IMG/VR virus record: IMGVR_UViG_3300044970_001522
Coordinates: 150,278 to 189,900 of that record
Reading direction: 5' to 3' (one strand)
Source of the DNA: a virus
Taxonomy: Duplodnaviria > Heunggongvirae > Uroviricota > Caudoviricetes
DNA length: 39,623 nt
A program made the position numbers and the translations under genes. The notes below the pieces were generated by a model that was not told where the DNA came from, did no database searches, and saw nothing but the letters and a program-made list of their open reading frames with translations. This document shows positions 10,102 to 19,900 of the stretch, piece by piece. Position 1 is the first letter of the stretch, and the number at the start of each line of letters is the position of its first letter.

Positions 10102-10860
10102 TTAAAAGTCCAGGGAAAGATCTTCCGCGTCACATTTGGAGAAAGATCCAAGAACTTCCTCAGAAGTTTTATAACCCTCGCACCCCTTAGACCGATTAGC
10201 CGAGGAACACACCAAAGAGAAATTAGCCTTTGCAAGGTGATAGCTTTTCCACTCTTTCCACAAGGCTTTGTCCTTAAACTCCTTCGCCGTGGGTGGGCCC
10301 ACCAGGAAAATATCCACGTAGGTCAACGAGTTTAGTTTAACGAACGAGTCTGCAATTTCAGCAAAAGACAAACCCACGTGGTCCACGTCGGTTTTCATGC
10401 CCCTTCTTAGGTTCTTTCCTGTCAGGTAACAAGTTGCCGGAAGACATACAGAGTCCCGAAAGTCCTTCAGCTGTTGAGAAACCCCGCCCCTCATGGCCGC
10501 CTTCACAGCATTAAAATGTTTCTCCTCTAAGCTTGCGCTTGTTGCGATTTTCTTCGGAGGGTACAAAAAGTCGATAAGTTTCTTCTTGGGTATCGGTTGC
10601 TTGGAGCCGCCTCTTTCGAGGCTTAGCATTTTCACTCTCATACCTCCGGCGATATCTACATTCCTAAGATAGAGCTTAACTTCAGGGTCTGTAGACAACT
10701 TTTCCCACGTAGGTGTGACTCGGCACGACCTTAGAACGAAGTCTTTCGGTTCACCGATAATCTGGGAATTTACTCGGTGGTTCTCTATAATTCTACTCAG
10801 TTTATCTGTGTAATCTTTTTTGGTTAGTCCGAATGTTTGTTTGCCGAGTGTGTCGCTCAT
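10102..10860 (-). CDS. DCL/DUF3223-like protein with a His-Me (HNH-like) nuclease-type C-terminal region
   Basis: Likely ATG at 10860. Motifs CYLTG...DVDH...F...W..YH...A....V....NRSKG; ends DLSLDF. This is the only convincing minus-strand gene. Confidence 0.55.
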   Translation of the reverse strand: MSDTLGKQTFGLTKKDYTDKLSRIIENHRVNSQIIGEPKDFVLRSCRVTPTWEKLSTDPEVKLYLRNVDIAGGMRVKMLSLERGGSKQPIPKKKLIDFLYPPKKIATSASLEEKHFNAVKAAMRGGVSQQLKDFRDSVCLPATCYLTGKNLRRGMKTDVDHVGLSFAEIADSFVKLNSLTYVDIFLVGPPTAKEFKDKALWKEWKSYHLAKANFSLVCSSANRSKGCEGYKTSEEVLGSFSKCDAEDLSLDF

Positions 10861-10874
10861 CGAGTAGGTTCGTG

Positions 10875-10910
10875 TAAGAAGCTTTACCCTTGGCTTAACA
10901 GCGCTAAACT
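10875..10910. promoter_or_regulatory. Overlapping divergent promoters
   Basis: Minus strand GGGTAAAG-CTTCT-TA (10889-10875) lies 21 nt before ATG 10860. Plus strand CTTTAC-N17-TAAACT (10882-10910) lies before the 10935 gene. Confidence 0.45.
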
Positions 10911-10934
10911 CCAAGTAGAAACAACTCACTAAAT

Positions 10935-11309
10935 GTGATAGATGAAACCTCAGTAATACGGCAGCGAGGCGATCTAAAGTACCTAGTAGGAACTGAGGTT
11001 GAGTGCTCAGGTAGAGTGAAAGAGTTTCGACCCCATGTGAAGAGAAAAGATCTTGATTCTCTGTGCCTTGTCAACGTTTTTGTAACCCCTTTGCCCCTGG
11101 GGGAGTCTATATACCTTGATCACTTATGGGTATTGAAAAAGCAGTTTAAAGTAGTGGGAAGTGTACCACAGAAAAACGAGCGTATACACTTCATCGGCAA
11201 AGTTTACTCCTACAAGAGGGTAGGAGGGAAGTCAATTGACAGGGGCTTATTTGGACTCGAAGACTTTGGAATCCTACCATTAACTCTCACTGAAGACTAT
11301 GAAAATTGA
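10935..11309 (+). CDS. Hypothetical protein (possible OB-fold)
   Basis: 124 aa, beta-rich, overlaps the next ORF. Confidence 0.55.
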   Translation: MIDETSVIRQRGDLKYLVGTEVECSGRVKEFRPHVKRKDLDSLCLVNVFVTPLPLGESIYLDHLWVLKKQFKVVGSVPQKNERIHFIGKVYSYKRVGGKSIDRGLFGLEDFGILPLTLTEDYEN

Positions 11310-11574
11310 AGTCGAAAGCCACGACCACGACGGACGAACTTACTTTGAGTTTGTTCTGCAAGACGGACCGGGAAACCGAGAGAGAGTCCGAGGCTACGCA
11401 ACTGACCTAATCGTTGCTTTCACGAAGGTGATAGAATGGCACGAAAGGATCGATAGGGAGTACCGTGACGCCCAGGGTTTACCTCCCTTGGAGGCAACCT
11501 ACAATGAAGCTGAAGCGGACGACCCCGCCTTAGAAACTTACCTAAACAGTGAAACCAACAGAGTTAGAGTTTAA
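11299..11574 (+). CDS. Hypothetical protein
   Basis: 91 aa, in a tightly packed operon. Confidence 0.6.
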   Translation: MKIEVESHDHDGRTYFEFVLQDGPGNRERVRGYATDLIVAFTKVIEWHERIDREYRDAQGLPPLEATYNEAEADDPALETYLNSETNRVRV

Positions 11575-12169
11575 AGAGCTCAAGCGAAAATCGTCAGAAT
11601 GGGCGAAAGAGCGCCTTGCTGATACAAAAACCGTAGTCATCGACTGCGAAACCACGGGAATTCTGAGAAACGACCCCACAACGGAAATTGTTCAACTCAC
11701 TGTAACAAACACCGCTATGCGACCGTTGTTTTCCATGCTGATAAAACCCGCTCAGCCAATGAGCGACCAGCTAGTTGGGATACACGGTATATCCAACGAC
11801 ATGGTTAGTGAGAGCCCTGTCTTCCCTCAAGTTGCAAAGCTAATATCCTTTGTACTCGAAAACAAGCACGTTGTAGCGTATAACGCAGACTTTGACATTG
11901 CCCTTTTAGTACACTTGTATAAGAAGTATAACATGGCGGTTCCCAAATTTTCGGGGGCGAGTTGTTGCATGGACAGGTACTCAGAGTGGAGGGGTGAGTG
12001 GAACGAAAGCAAGGGCGGTGTGCGCTGGCAGAAACTTCCAAACTTGTCCGGGTTGCCCGCACACGACGCCCTTGCAGATTGCATATCTACCGTCCGTATT
12101 ATGGATCTCATGGCGAAAGGTTTAGACCTTGCCGCATTAAGCTCTGACGAAATTTCTCTCGACTTTTGA
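11549..12169 (+). CDS. DEDDh 3'-5' exonuclease (DnaQ/epsilon-like)
   Basis: ExoI IDCETTG, ExoII YNADFD and ExoIII HDALAD motifs. Confidence 0.9.
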   Translation: MKPTELEFKELKRKSSEWAKERLADTKTVVIDCETTGILRNDPTTEIVQLTVTNTAMRPLFSMLIKPAQPMSDQLVGIHGISNDMVSESPVFPQVAKLISFVLENKHVVAYNADFDIALLVHLYKKYNMAVPKFSGASCCMDRYSEWRGEWNESKGGVRWQKLPNLSGLPAHDALADCISTVRIMDLMAKGLDLAALSSDEISLDF

Positions 12170-12546
12170 ATACAATGTTTGGTACAATTACCTTTCTCTA
12201 CGAGCCTTCCACCGAGGGGTTCCCAGCTTTCATTGACGCCGAAGATCCATCCGACCCACGAGTATCTATACAGTTTTCGTCTGAGGCGGACCTTAGCGAA
12301 ATGATTGAGAATTTTGAGCGGTTCTTGAGAGCAATAGGATACCCGTTAGACTACGACGAGTTTCTTGCATTGTCCTCTGGTGAAGAGTCACAAAGGGGGA
12401 ATGAGCCCGTGGAACACCCTGTTTTCAGTGTTCAAGACCCTGTTATTAAGATCAATGACTCCACTGCCGTAGCCAATAAGGCTGAGATTGTCGCGGGGAT
12501 TGCTGATAGACTCGAAGCCCGTCTAACCTCACAGGGAGCTTCTTGA
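12166..12546 (+). CDS. Hypothetical protein
   Basis: 126 aa acidic ORF. TTGA overlap with the upstream stop; alternative ATG at 12175. Confidence 0.6.
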   Translation: MNTMFGTITFLYEPSTEGFPAFIDAEDPSDPRVSIQFSSEADLSEMIENFERFLRAIGYPLDYDEFLALSSGEESQRGNEPVEHPVFSVQDPVIKINDSTAVANKAEIVAGIADRLEARLTSQGAS

Positions 12547-12547
12547 C

Positions 12548-13351
12548 ATGGAGAATAACAATCCGTGGTTCATCGAAGGCTCCAGCAAATCTCGCCTTGT
12601 AAGCACCACTCCCCAAGGGGAGGAGCTGATAGCATACATCGCACGAGTAACGAGCAAAGACCAGAGCAACCCTAAAATTGAGCATCTGCTCAAGTACTGT
12701 GCGAAAGAGGGTCACTGGAGCGTGTTTGACCAGGCCGACCTCACTGTGGAAGTTGTAACACCGCTTGCAATTTCTGTCCAGGTACTTAGACATAGTTCGT
12801 TCAAGTTTCAGCAGTTTTCGGGGAGGTATGAGAACCAAGAAATGATGCGTAAGCATACGGAAGACTTACCAACATTCAAGGATCTCTTCTACATGCCTGA
12901 GCAAGCGCGGTTGCAAGACACCAAGAACCGACAAAACAGTTTTGTAGCCGAGGACCCCAGCCTCACAGACTTTATGTTGGCTGAGTTTGAGTTTGCGTAT
13001 AAAGCAGCGCTCCAGTCCTACACAAACCTTCTGGACAAGGGCATCGCAAAAGAGATGGCCCGATTTGTGCTACCAGAAGGGGTCTACACTCGCATGTACC
13101 TTAAGGGAAGCGTTCGCTCCTTCATTCACTACATCGGAGTGAGAGATGATGAGGGGGTGGCGCAATGGGAGCACGTTGAGCTAGCGCGGTCAGTTCGAAC
13201 AATCTTTTCAACACAGTTCCCTACCATCTATCGCTCTCTGTTCGACGAGAAGACACAGAAGCCCCTGTACACTGAAGACGAGAAAGATCGTGAGATTCTA
13301 AAGCTGAAGACCACAATCGAGCTCTTAAGGGCACAATCACCTGCAACATGA
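12548..13351 (+). CDS. thyX: FAD-dependent thymidylate synthase ThyX
   Basis: IAYIARV, GHWSVFD, QVLRHSSFKFQQFSGRY (ThyX motif) and AKEMARFVLP. Confidence 0.95.
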   Translation: MENNNPWFIEGSSKSRLVSTTPQGEELIAYIARVTSKDQSNPKIEHLLKYCAKEGHWSVFDQADLTVEVVTPLAISVQVLRHSSFKFQQFSGRYENQEMMRKHTEDLPTFKDLFYMPEQARLQDTKNRQNSFVAEDPSLTDFMLAEFEFAYKAALQSYTNLLDKGIAKEMARFVLPEGVYTRMYLKGSVRSFIHYIGVRDDEGVAQWEHVELARSVRTIFSTQFPTIYRSLFDEKTQKPLYTEDEKDREILKLKTTIELLRAQSPAT

Positions 13352-13581
13352 ACAATCAAATCGCAAAGGGATTCTGGAAGATTGCGGAGGATTCCCCTCC
13401 GGTAGATAAAAAGTACTTGGTCGCATTCTCTGATAGGAGTGGGGACTTTCAAATGTCAAATTGTGACGTGTGGCACTTCAAGTCAGGTGAATGGCACAGT
13501 TTATCTGACTCGCGATTTTCCGAGGAAGAAGTTGGCCTTCCGGCGTACTACATAGACTTACCTATGCCGAAAACAATATAG
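13348..13581 (+). CDS. Small hypothetical phage protein (DUF551-like)
   Basis: W.....PP..K.YLV...W...LP.P pattern, with an ATGA overlap. Confidence 0.5.
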   Translation: MNNQIAKGFWKIAEDSPPVDKKYLVAFSDRSGDFQMSNCDVWHFKSGEWHSLSDSRFSEEEVGLPAYYIDLPMPKTI

Positions 13582-13608
13582 TTTACGAATAGCGGTAGAC
13601 CCTAGAAT
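13581..13608 (+). promoter_or_regulatory. Sigma70-like early/middle promoter
   Basis: GTTTAC-N16-TAGAAT upstream of ATG 13631. Confidence 0.55.
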
Positions 13609-13630
13609 AAGGGTGCTACCGCTGAATTAT

Positions 13631-14614
13631 ATGAGTGAAAATGAAACGCCAAGACCAAAATTAGAGTCCTACTTTAAGCTCGATAGTAACCCTGCCCCAC
13701 TCGTAGTTGTTGATTTCCACGTTTATTTACACGACGTGAAACGGTGGTTCGAAGATAAAGTCGAGGGATCTGTAAATAAGGATGTAGAGGACAAACTGAT
13801 AAAAGGGTGTTGGGCCCTAAAAATTAACCGAGGGCCAGATATGCTCCCGAGGCACCCCTACCGTATAGTCGTGGTTGCGGATAGTCGGTTCAAAGACACA
13901 GGGAACTACTGGCGCGACCGGGTCATGATGGAGTCCACAGAAGTTCAGACCGCCTGGGTGGAATATGCCGAGAAGAAAGGAAAAGATATATCAGAGATTC
14001 CAACTAACTACAAAGGTACTCGGGGGGACAAGACAGATACGTTTTGGCGCATCTTTGACATAGGGTGGGAATACGTTAACAAGTACTATCCGGTGTTCTC
14101 TCAGGAAGGATTTGAGGCTGATGATATTGCCGGGGCCGTTTATCGGCTTTCTCGAGATAGCGAACCAGGGTCTGTTATAAGAGACCGGCAAATTTTTCTA
14201 TCCACCCTAGACAGAGATTGGTCGCAACTTGTAGATGAAGACCTTGGAGTGTATTTCGCAAACACTCGTGTCCCCTTCCCAAAAGAGAAAATTCAAGCAA
14301 GACTTGTAGACAATGCAGGCGTAATTGAGCATACTAAGTGGAGGATGGGTTTCGACTTAGACCACCCTAAAAATCTCGCCGAATGGAAGGTTAAATTCGG
14401 TGACATGGGAGATAATTTGCCACCCGGCAGCCCAAAGTCCTTGTTCGATTTGACCGAACCCAACCTTGACTACAATATAGAAAAGGACGCCCCATGGTAT
14501 GAAAACCTTGTAGAATGCTTAAATGAACCCGGAGTTAACCTTCGGAGTGACCACTTTGATCAAACCCTAGTTCAATTTGCTAAGGTGGGTTTAGATTCAC
14601 CAACGAGACTTTAG
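13631..14614 (+). CDS. 5'-3' exonuclease / flap endonuclease (T4 RNase H, Pol I N-terminal family)
   Basis: VVVD, NYKGTR, GFEADD, DRDW.QL and GDMGDNLP motifs. Confidence 0.88.
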   Translation: MSENETPRPKLESYFKLDSNPAPLVVVDFHVYLHDVKRWFEDKVEGSVNKDVEDKLIKGCWALKINRGPDMLPRHPYRIVVVADSRFKDTGNYWRDRVMMESTEVQTAWVEYAEKKGKDISEIPTNYKGTRGDKTDTFWRIFDIGWEYVNKYYPVFSQEGFEADDIAGAVYRLSRDSEPGSVIRDRQIFLSTLDRDWSQLVDEDLGVYFANTRVPFPKEKIQARLVDNAGVIEHTKWRMGFDLDHPKNLAEWKVKFGDMGDNLPPGSPKSLFDLTEPNLDYNIEKDAPWYENLVECLNEPGVNLRSDHFDQTLVQFAKVGLDSPTRL

Positions 14615-14616
14615 GG

Positions 14617-14640
14617 CGGTAAAACGGGTAAAACTAGGGA
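14617..14640 (+). promoter_or_regulatory. Tandem CGGTAAAA/GGGTAAAA putative late promoter
   Basis: CGGTAAAAC GGGTAAAAC immediately upstream of the tail/baseplate block. Confidence 0.5.
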
Positions 14641-14656
14641 GAATGATTGTGCCGGG

Positions 14657-15328
14657 ATGCAGTCCGACTTATCCTACTTCGCCCATTGTAGTTCAATGGC
14701 TCACCTTCTTCTCGAAGCGTGCGGGGGAAATGCTGCAAGCATTCCTCAGGGTTACCTGGATAACTTTGCCCACGAATTCGCCGATGGAGACGTTTCACTA
14801 GTCTCTGCACTTTCAAAGGTTGAGGGAGTAGGGGACTTGAGCACTGAAGAAGTTGACGAGACCTTGGAAATGCTACAAAAGGTGAACCCTGACCACTGGC
14901 CGTCTGCAGAGTCCATAGAGAGTATACACCCTGAGAAGCTATGGGATAGTTCAAGCGATCCTTCTATTACCTTAGACAACTTCGTTGAGGATAATCTGGG
15001 GACTGCGGAAAAAGTTGAGAGGGTACTTACAAGCGTTATTGAGAGTGTTTTCGGAGATTCAGTAAACAACATTCGTGATGCTAAGGGCAAGTACCCGTCA
15101 AGTTCGAACGACTTTTTGCAAGTAGACGACGGGACGTTCGCAGGAACTTTTCAGTATGACAGTCACCGTTTCAACTTTGAGATTGCGCCGACTGAGCAGG
15201 GATGGATTTGCACATATCGCCTAGACGAGTCCTCTCTCGATGCAATTCCACAAATTGTGAAAGATGTGAGGAGGGACGATAAGAAGAACACTAGCGTGAA
15301 GAAAACCCGTAGCCAGGGGTGGAAATAA
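14657..15328 (+). CDS. Hypothetical acidic protein
   Basis: 223 aa, TAATG-coupled to the next gene. Confidence 0.6.
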   Translation: MQSDLSYFAHCSSMAHLLLEACGGNAASIPQGYLDNFAHEFADGDVSLVSALSKVEGVGDLSTEEVDETLEMLQKVNPDHWPSAESIESIHPEKLWDSSSDPSITLDNFVEDNLGTAEKVERVLTSVIESVFGDSVNNIRDAKGKYPSSSNDFLQVDDGTFAGTFQYDSHRFNFEIAPTEQGWICTYRLDESSLDAIPQIVKDVRRDDKKNTSVKKTRSQGWK

Positions 15329-16848
15329 TGGCCTTTTCCGGAGTCATTCCTACAATCTCAGTAAGCTCAAACTCCCTTGTGAACAGTGTTGCAGGGGGTC
15401 TAATAAATAATGTCGCATCCTCAGCAGTCAAGGTAGCATTGAGCCCCAAACTGTCAAACCAATGGGCGAGCACTGCAGGGTTAAGCCCGCAGTCACTCAC
15501 TTCGTTGTTGAGCTCGGCAGTAACACCGGGGCTAATTTCAACCGGTAGTCAAGCCATATCCCAGTCCTTGACGGCTTCTATCGTCAACTCAAAAGCCCTT
15601 GGCCCCCTGGGTTCGTTGGTTCAAGACTTTGCGGGAAACGCGGTTAGTAACTTGTCGAGAGACCTGCTGGGTACATTATTCCCGGCAACAGTAAGTAGCC
15701 CAACCAAGTTCTTTCCAGGGGCAGGAAACGAGCCAGACGCAGACTACCAAGGGTACGCTTACAACCCTGGAACAAACGGTGCTGACGTGGTGTTTTCGAT
15801 AAAGCCCGCAGTGTCGGGGGCGCAGGCGGAAATTACGGATCAAGTGTCGGGTAGGGGTGGGAGTGGCGTTCAAACATCTCTACCTGCAGGGCAAAGTGTC
15901 CCGTCTTCAGGAGGATTGCCCCCAACACCGAAGGCCGACTACTCAGCGGCATTCCAGAGCGCATCTGGAGCTGTTCTTGGAGACTTGACAAAACAAGCCA
16001 ACTTAGCGGGTTCCTTTCGTGGTGTTCCGTTTGGGAGCCCTGACGCATTTAAGGCAATATCGACGATCCCGCAGATTCTCACAAGCTCCACAGTAGGACA
16101 ACCCTTCTCTCAAGATTCACAACAGTCCTCAGTGTGGAACTTTATCTGCGCACCTGAAGAAATTTCCTGGTCAACCGCCGTTCAGGTGGATAGAGTTCCA
16201 ATTTTCGGCACAAACCTGCCACCCGTGATATCGGGCAGCCGGGGAATGAGGGAACTAAGCATGTCAAACGCTCTTGTGGAGGGTTTCACAAGGGGGAAGA
16301 CCATTGAAGGGAAGGTTTCTGACTTGGAAAAACTCCTGAGTTTCACACTGGACACGCAAAACGGCTACGTTAAGGTGCCCGTGTATTGGGTCTATGCAAA
16401 TAATAAGAGATACGGTGATGTTGACGGTGGATGCTTTCTCATTAAAGAAGTGAAAGTGAAGGAGGAAATGAGGGACTTGACTGGCCTTGCAACACGTGCC
16501 AAGGTTGACATTTCCTTTTCACAAGTTCCCTCGTACCAAGTTGATGATGGGAGAGACATAGCAAGCAAAACAGTTTCCGGGACCACATCAAATTTGGGTG
16601 CCGTAGCGAGTGTTCTGTCGACTCGTCCAGTAGTTGTGAATCAGCAGCAGACCAACTCGTCTCGTGGGGGTGGCGTGGCTGGACAAACAAGTCAAAATGT
16701 TTCTCCGACAACCAAAATTCCCGGAGTGCCCTCTGGGGCAACAAATGTAAGAGTCAATGTGAATAAAAAGGGAGAGAGTACCGTGAGTTACACTAACAAT
16801 GGGGTTGAGGTTAGAAAGACATTGCCTCGGGGTCAAGGGCAGTTTTAG
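15328..16848 (+). CDS. Putative baseplate/tail tube initiator-like structural protein
   Basis: ATG at 15328. The C-terminal half (WNFICAPEEISWS...RELSMSN...PV...Y.....I..V.V.E....G...RA.VDIS) resembles tube-initiator domains, and the gene precedes the tape measure gene. Confidence 0.55.
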   Translation: MAFSGVIPTISVSSNSLVNSVAGGLINNVASSAVKVALSPKLSNQWASTAGLSPQSLTSLLSSAVTPGLISTGSQAISQSLTASIVNSKALGPLGSLVQDFAGNAVSNLSRDLLGTLFPATVSSPTKFFPGAGNEPDADYQGYAYNPGTNGADVVFSIKPAVSGAQAEITDQVSGRGGSGVQTSLPAGQSVPSSGGLPPTPKADYSAAFQSASGAVLGDLTKQANLAGSFRGVPFGSPDAFKAISTIPQILTSSTVGQPFSQDSQQSSVWNFICAPEEISWSTAVQVDRVPIFGTNLPPVISGSRGMRELSMSNALVEGFTRGKTIEGKVSDLEKLLSFTLDTQNGYVKVPVYWVYANNKRYGDVDGGCFLIKEVKVKEEMRDLTGLATRAKVDISFSQVPSYQVDDGRDIASKTVSGTTSNLGAVASVLSTRPVVVNQQQTNSSRGGGVAGQTSQNVSPTTKIPGVPSGATNVRVNVNKKGESTVSYTNNGVEVRKTLPRGQGQF

Positions 16849-16855
16849 TGCTACG

Positions 16856-16870
16856 GGGTAAAGTCTATTA
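16856..16870 (+). promoter_or_regulatory. GGGTAAAR-N5-TA putative late promoter
   Basis: GGGTAAAGTCTATTA, intergenic, 38 nt before the tape measure ATG. Confidence 0.6.
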
Positions 16871-16901
16871 ACACCCGGCTATTACCGCACGAGACACGAG
16901 A

Positions 16902-19900
16902 ATGGCGGAGAATAAGACCTTTACACTGATTGGTAAGTTTGACGACCAAATTACCAAGAAGCTAAAGGATCTAAATAAAGAGTTTCAGAAGCTGAGCAAA
17001 CCCCTCAGCAAGGATAATGCTGCGGCATCTTTGCGAGACGGATTTAAGGCGGCTAACTCAGAGCTGAAGACTCTTCAGAATGAAATGAAGACTCTGAACA
17101 AGCTTCAGTTTAAGTTCGACAAGTCCGGTATTCAAGCAGCTCGCGAAGAAGTTCAGATGCTTGGCAAAGACCTTGACTCGGTGTCGAAGAAAGGGCTCCC
17201 CATCGATAAGTCTGGGTTGAAGGCAGCGCAGGAAGATGCAAAGATTCTGGGGAAAATTCTCGAGGCAAACGCACTCATAAAAGTAGGAGAAGGGTTTGCG
17301 AATGCTTTAACAGCGGGGGCCTCTTCCGCAGTAAACATCCTTCAGCAGGGTATAGGGTTCATAGGAAAGAGATACTCTGAGGCAGTTCAAGACCAACTCG
17401 GGGATGTCATGGCTCGTGGTTCCCTGTTTGGGTCCCTAAATAAAGAGGGAATGTTCAAACAGGGGCTGGCCGGCAAAGAGGGTCAGGCATTGAAGGACGC
17501 TTCGAACGACATGTACCTGCAGACGAAAAACATTAGTCGCTCCATGGATAGCGCGATTAACGAGATTATTCGTACAAGTACAGTAAGCTCCCAAACCATT
17601 CAAGTACTATCGAGACAGCTCGGCGACAACTTACTTCCCGTAATGTTGAAGGAGAAAGGCATCACAGACCTTTCGATCGTGAGTAGGGAGAAACTAAATG
17701 AAGTGATGGGGGGAGAAAACGGCGTTGGCAAGAAACTCGCTATCTTGTACTCCCAAATCGGATCTGTAATTACTAGTCCGGCGTACGCACCCCAGGCTGC
17801 TATGGGGGTCACACAGTTCCTTGGATCGGGGACAATCAACAGACAATTATCCGTCTTTGAAAATAACCCGATCCTCGTCTCATCCCTCAAAGAGGGTCTT
17901 AAAAAGTTCGGTAACACCGTCGAAGGAAGAATTAAGGCGGCCAGTTACGGTTTCTCGATCGCAATGCCTGAGGCTGCTCTTGAAGAGGCCAAAAACACGA
18001 TCGCGGGTGGTATGCAGTCCGTGAACGATACCTTTCTCGGGCCGTCCGGTATTCTCACATTAACTGCAGACATTAACAAGCAAGGTGAGAAAACCTTAGC
18101 AATGATGACCTCAAGTGGTGCGAGAGACAAGCAAATAGCGAAGTACGATAGGCGAAACAAGGAAGTTTTAGAAGCTCTTGCGAAACAAGGCAGAAAAGAG
18201 GCTGAGATACAGAAGATTGAGGAACAACAGAAGAACAACAGAGTTCGATTTATAAAAAACCTCGATGACTTCTACAAGTCAGCAGACTCTCCGATTGAAG
18301 TGATAGCGACTCAATTCGGACCGCTGTTGCAAAGTTTTGCTAACATGATGAACTCGGCGGGGAACCTTTTGATAGGACCCGTTAACTCAATTATTGGCGC
18401 ACTTGCGAGACCTTTGACGGAACTACAAGACAACTTTGAGAACTTAGGGTCTGAAATTTCTGCAGGAAAAAAAAGCCTAGCTGAAGCACTCGGACGGGGC
18501 TTAGCCGAGACTTTTAAGGCACTTGCGAGTTATTTCAACCCAGAACAGGCAGGAAAAGACGTTGGAACGGGTATCCAAAAGTTCCTCTCAGATTTCATGA
18601 AAGGGTTTAAGGGTGGGAAAGTTGACGGAGAAAGGTACATGAAAATTGTACTCGACACGTTCAAGGACATTATCCTTAAGATGCTATTTAACAACGGTAA
18701 CGCACTCCAAGGTGTTACACCGCTCGGCGACGCCCTAGGAAAGGTTTTTCTGTTGTTGGCTGCCCCAGCTTTCATCAGTGCTGTAATAGCGGGGGTGGTT
18801 CCCCTCGCAATTATGGGATTCGGCAACATGCTCATGGGTGTTTTTGCTGGCTTGGCGGGAGGTGCTCTGGCGGGTGTGGCAGGATTTGCTCTACCCATTG
18901 TGGCGCTCGTAGCGGGTTTTGTAATTTTCGAAGGTCCGTTGCGAATGCTAGCGGATTGGCTGAAGAACACGGGGGCCAAACTATCCGAGAGCACAAACTG
19001 GGTCGCTTCGGCAGCCGGACTGTTCTTAGGGGGCCTGGGTGACATACTTCAGGGACTTACGAATTTCTTCACAGGAATTTGGGATTTACTCGTGGGCATA
19101 TTCACGGGAAATCAGCAATTGATAGTTCAGGGCGTTAAAAAAATCTTTAGCGGAATAATTGAAACTCTCATCGGAGCTGCGGAAAGCGTGGTGGGCTTGG
19201 GGGGCATAATCATCGGGGCAGTCGGAAATCTTTTTACGGCCATTGGACGTAAGATTAATGATATTGCAATTAGTGTTGGGGGTTGGATCAGTGACCGTGT
19301 GCCTGGGAGTAGCAAAGCGTCTCCGAGACCTGCTGCCGGTGCGTCTTCTGCAAGAGCTCCGAAGGCAAAGGCATCCGCGTTTGGGAGCGCAAACCCTTTC
19401 TCCGGGAGCTTGAGCCAAGCCATAGACTTTGAAATGGCAAACAAACCACCGAGTTCCAGTCTTGTAATAGCAAACAGCAGTGAAACGATTATACCTGCTG
19501 CGGGTGGTCTTGGAGTGGGCTCTTTCATGGAAACTCTCAAAGAGGGATTCGGTCAGCTCACAACCACAATGAACGAGAACAACCAAGTGTACACCGAAAA
19601 CGGTAAGAGATTCACAGAGGGATTGTTCAAAGTTTCCGGCCAAGTTATTGAGTCCCAGACTCAAATAAACAGTCTTGGATCGGCCCTATCTAAAGCGCAG
19701 GAGCATAATAATAACATGTTCTCTAAGGTCCAAGAACAACTGAATAGCAACCAAAACCAAACAGCATCAATGTTCTCAGCAATAGGAAAGCAAATCTCTC
19801 AAATTGCATCCTCCGCTGGGGGAATGTTTGGGGGAGCACTCGGAATGATGTCCGGGAGTTTGGGGGCGGCAAGTTCGCTGGCACAAAATCTAGGACTCAC

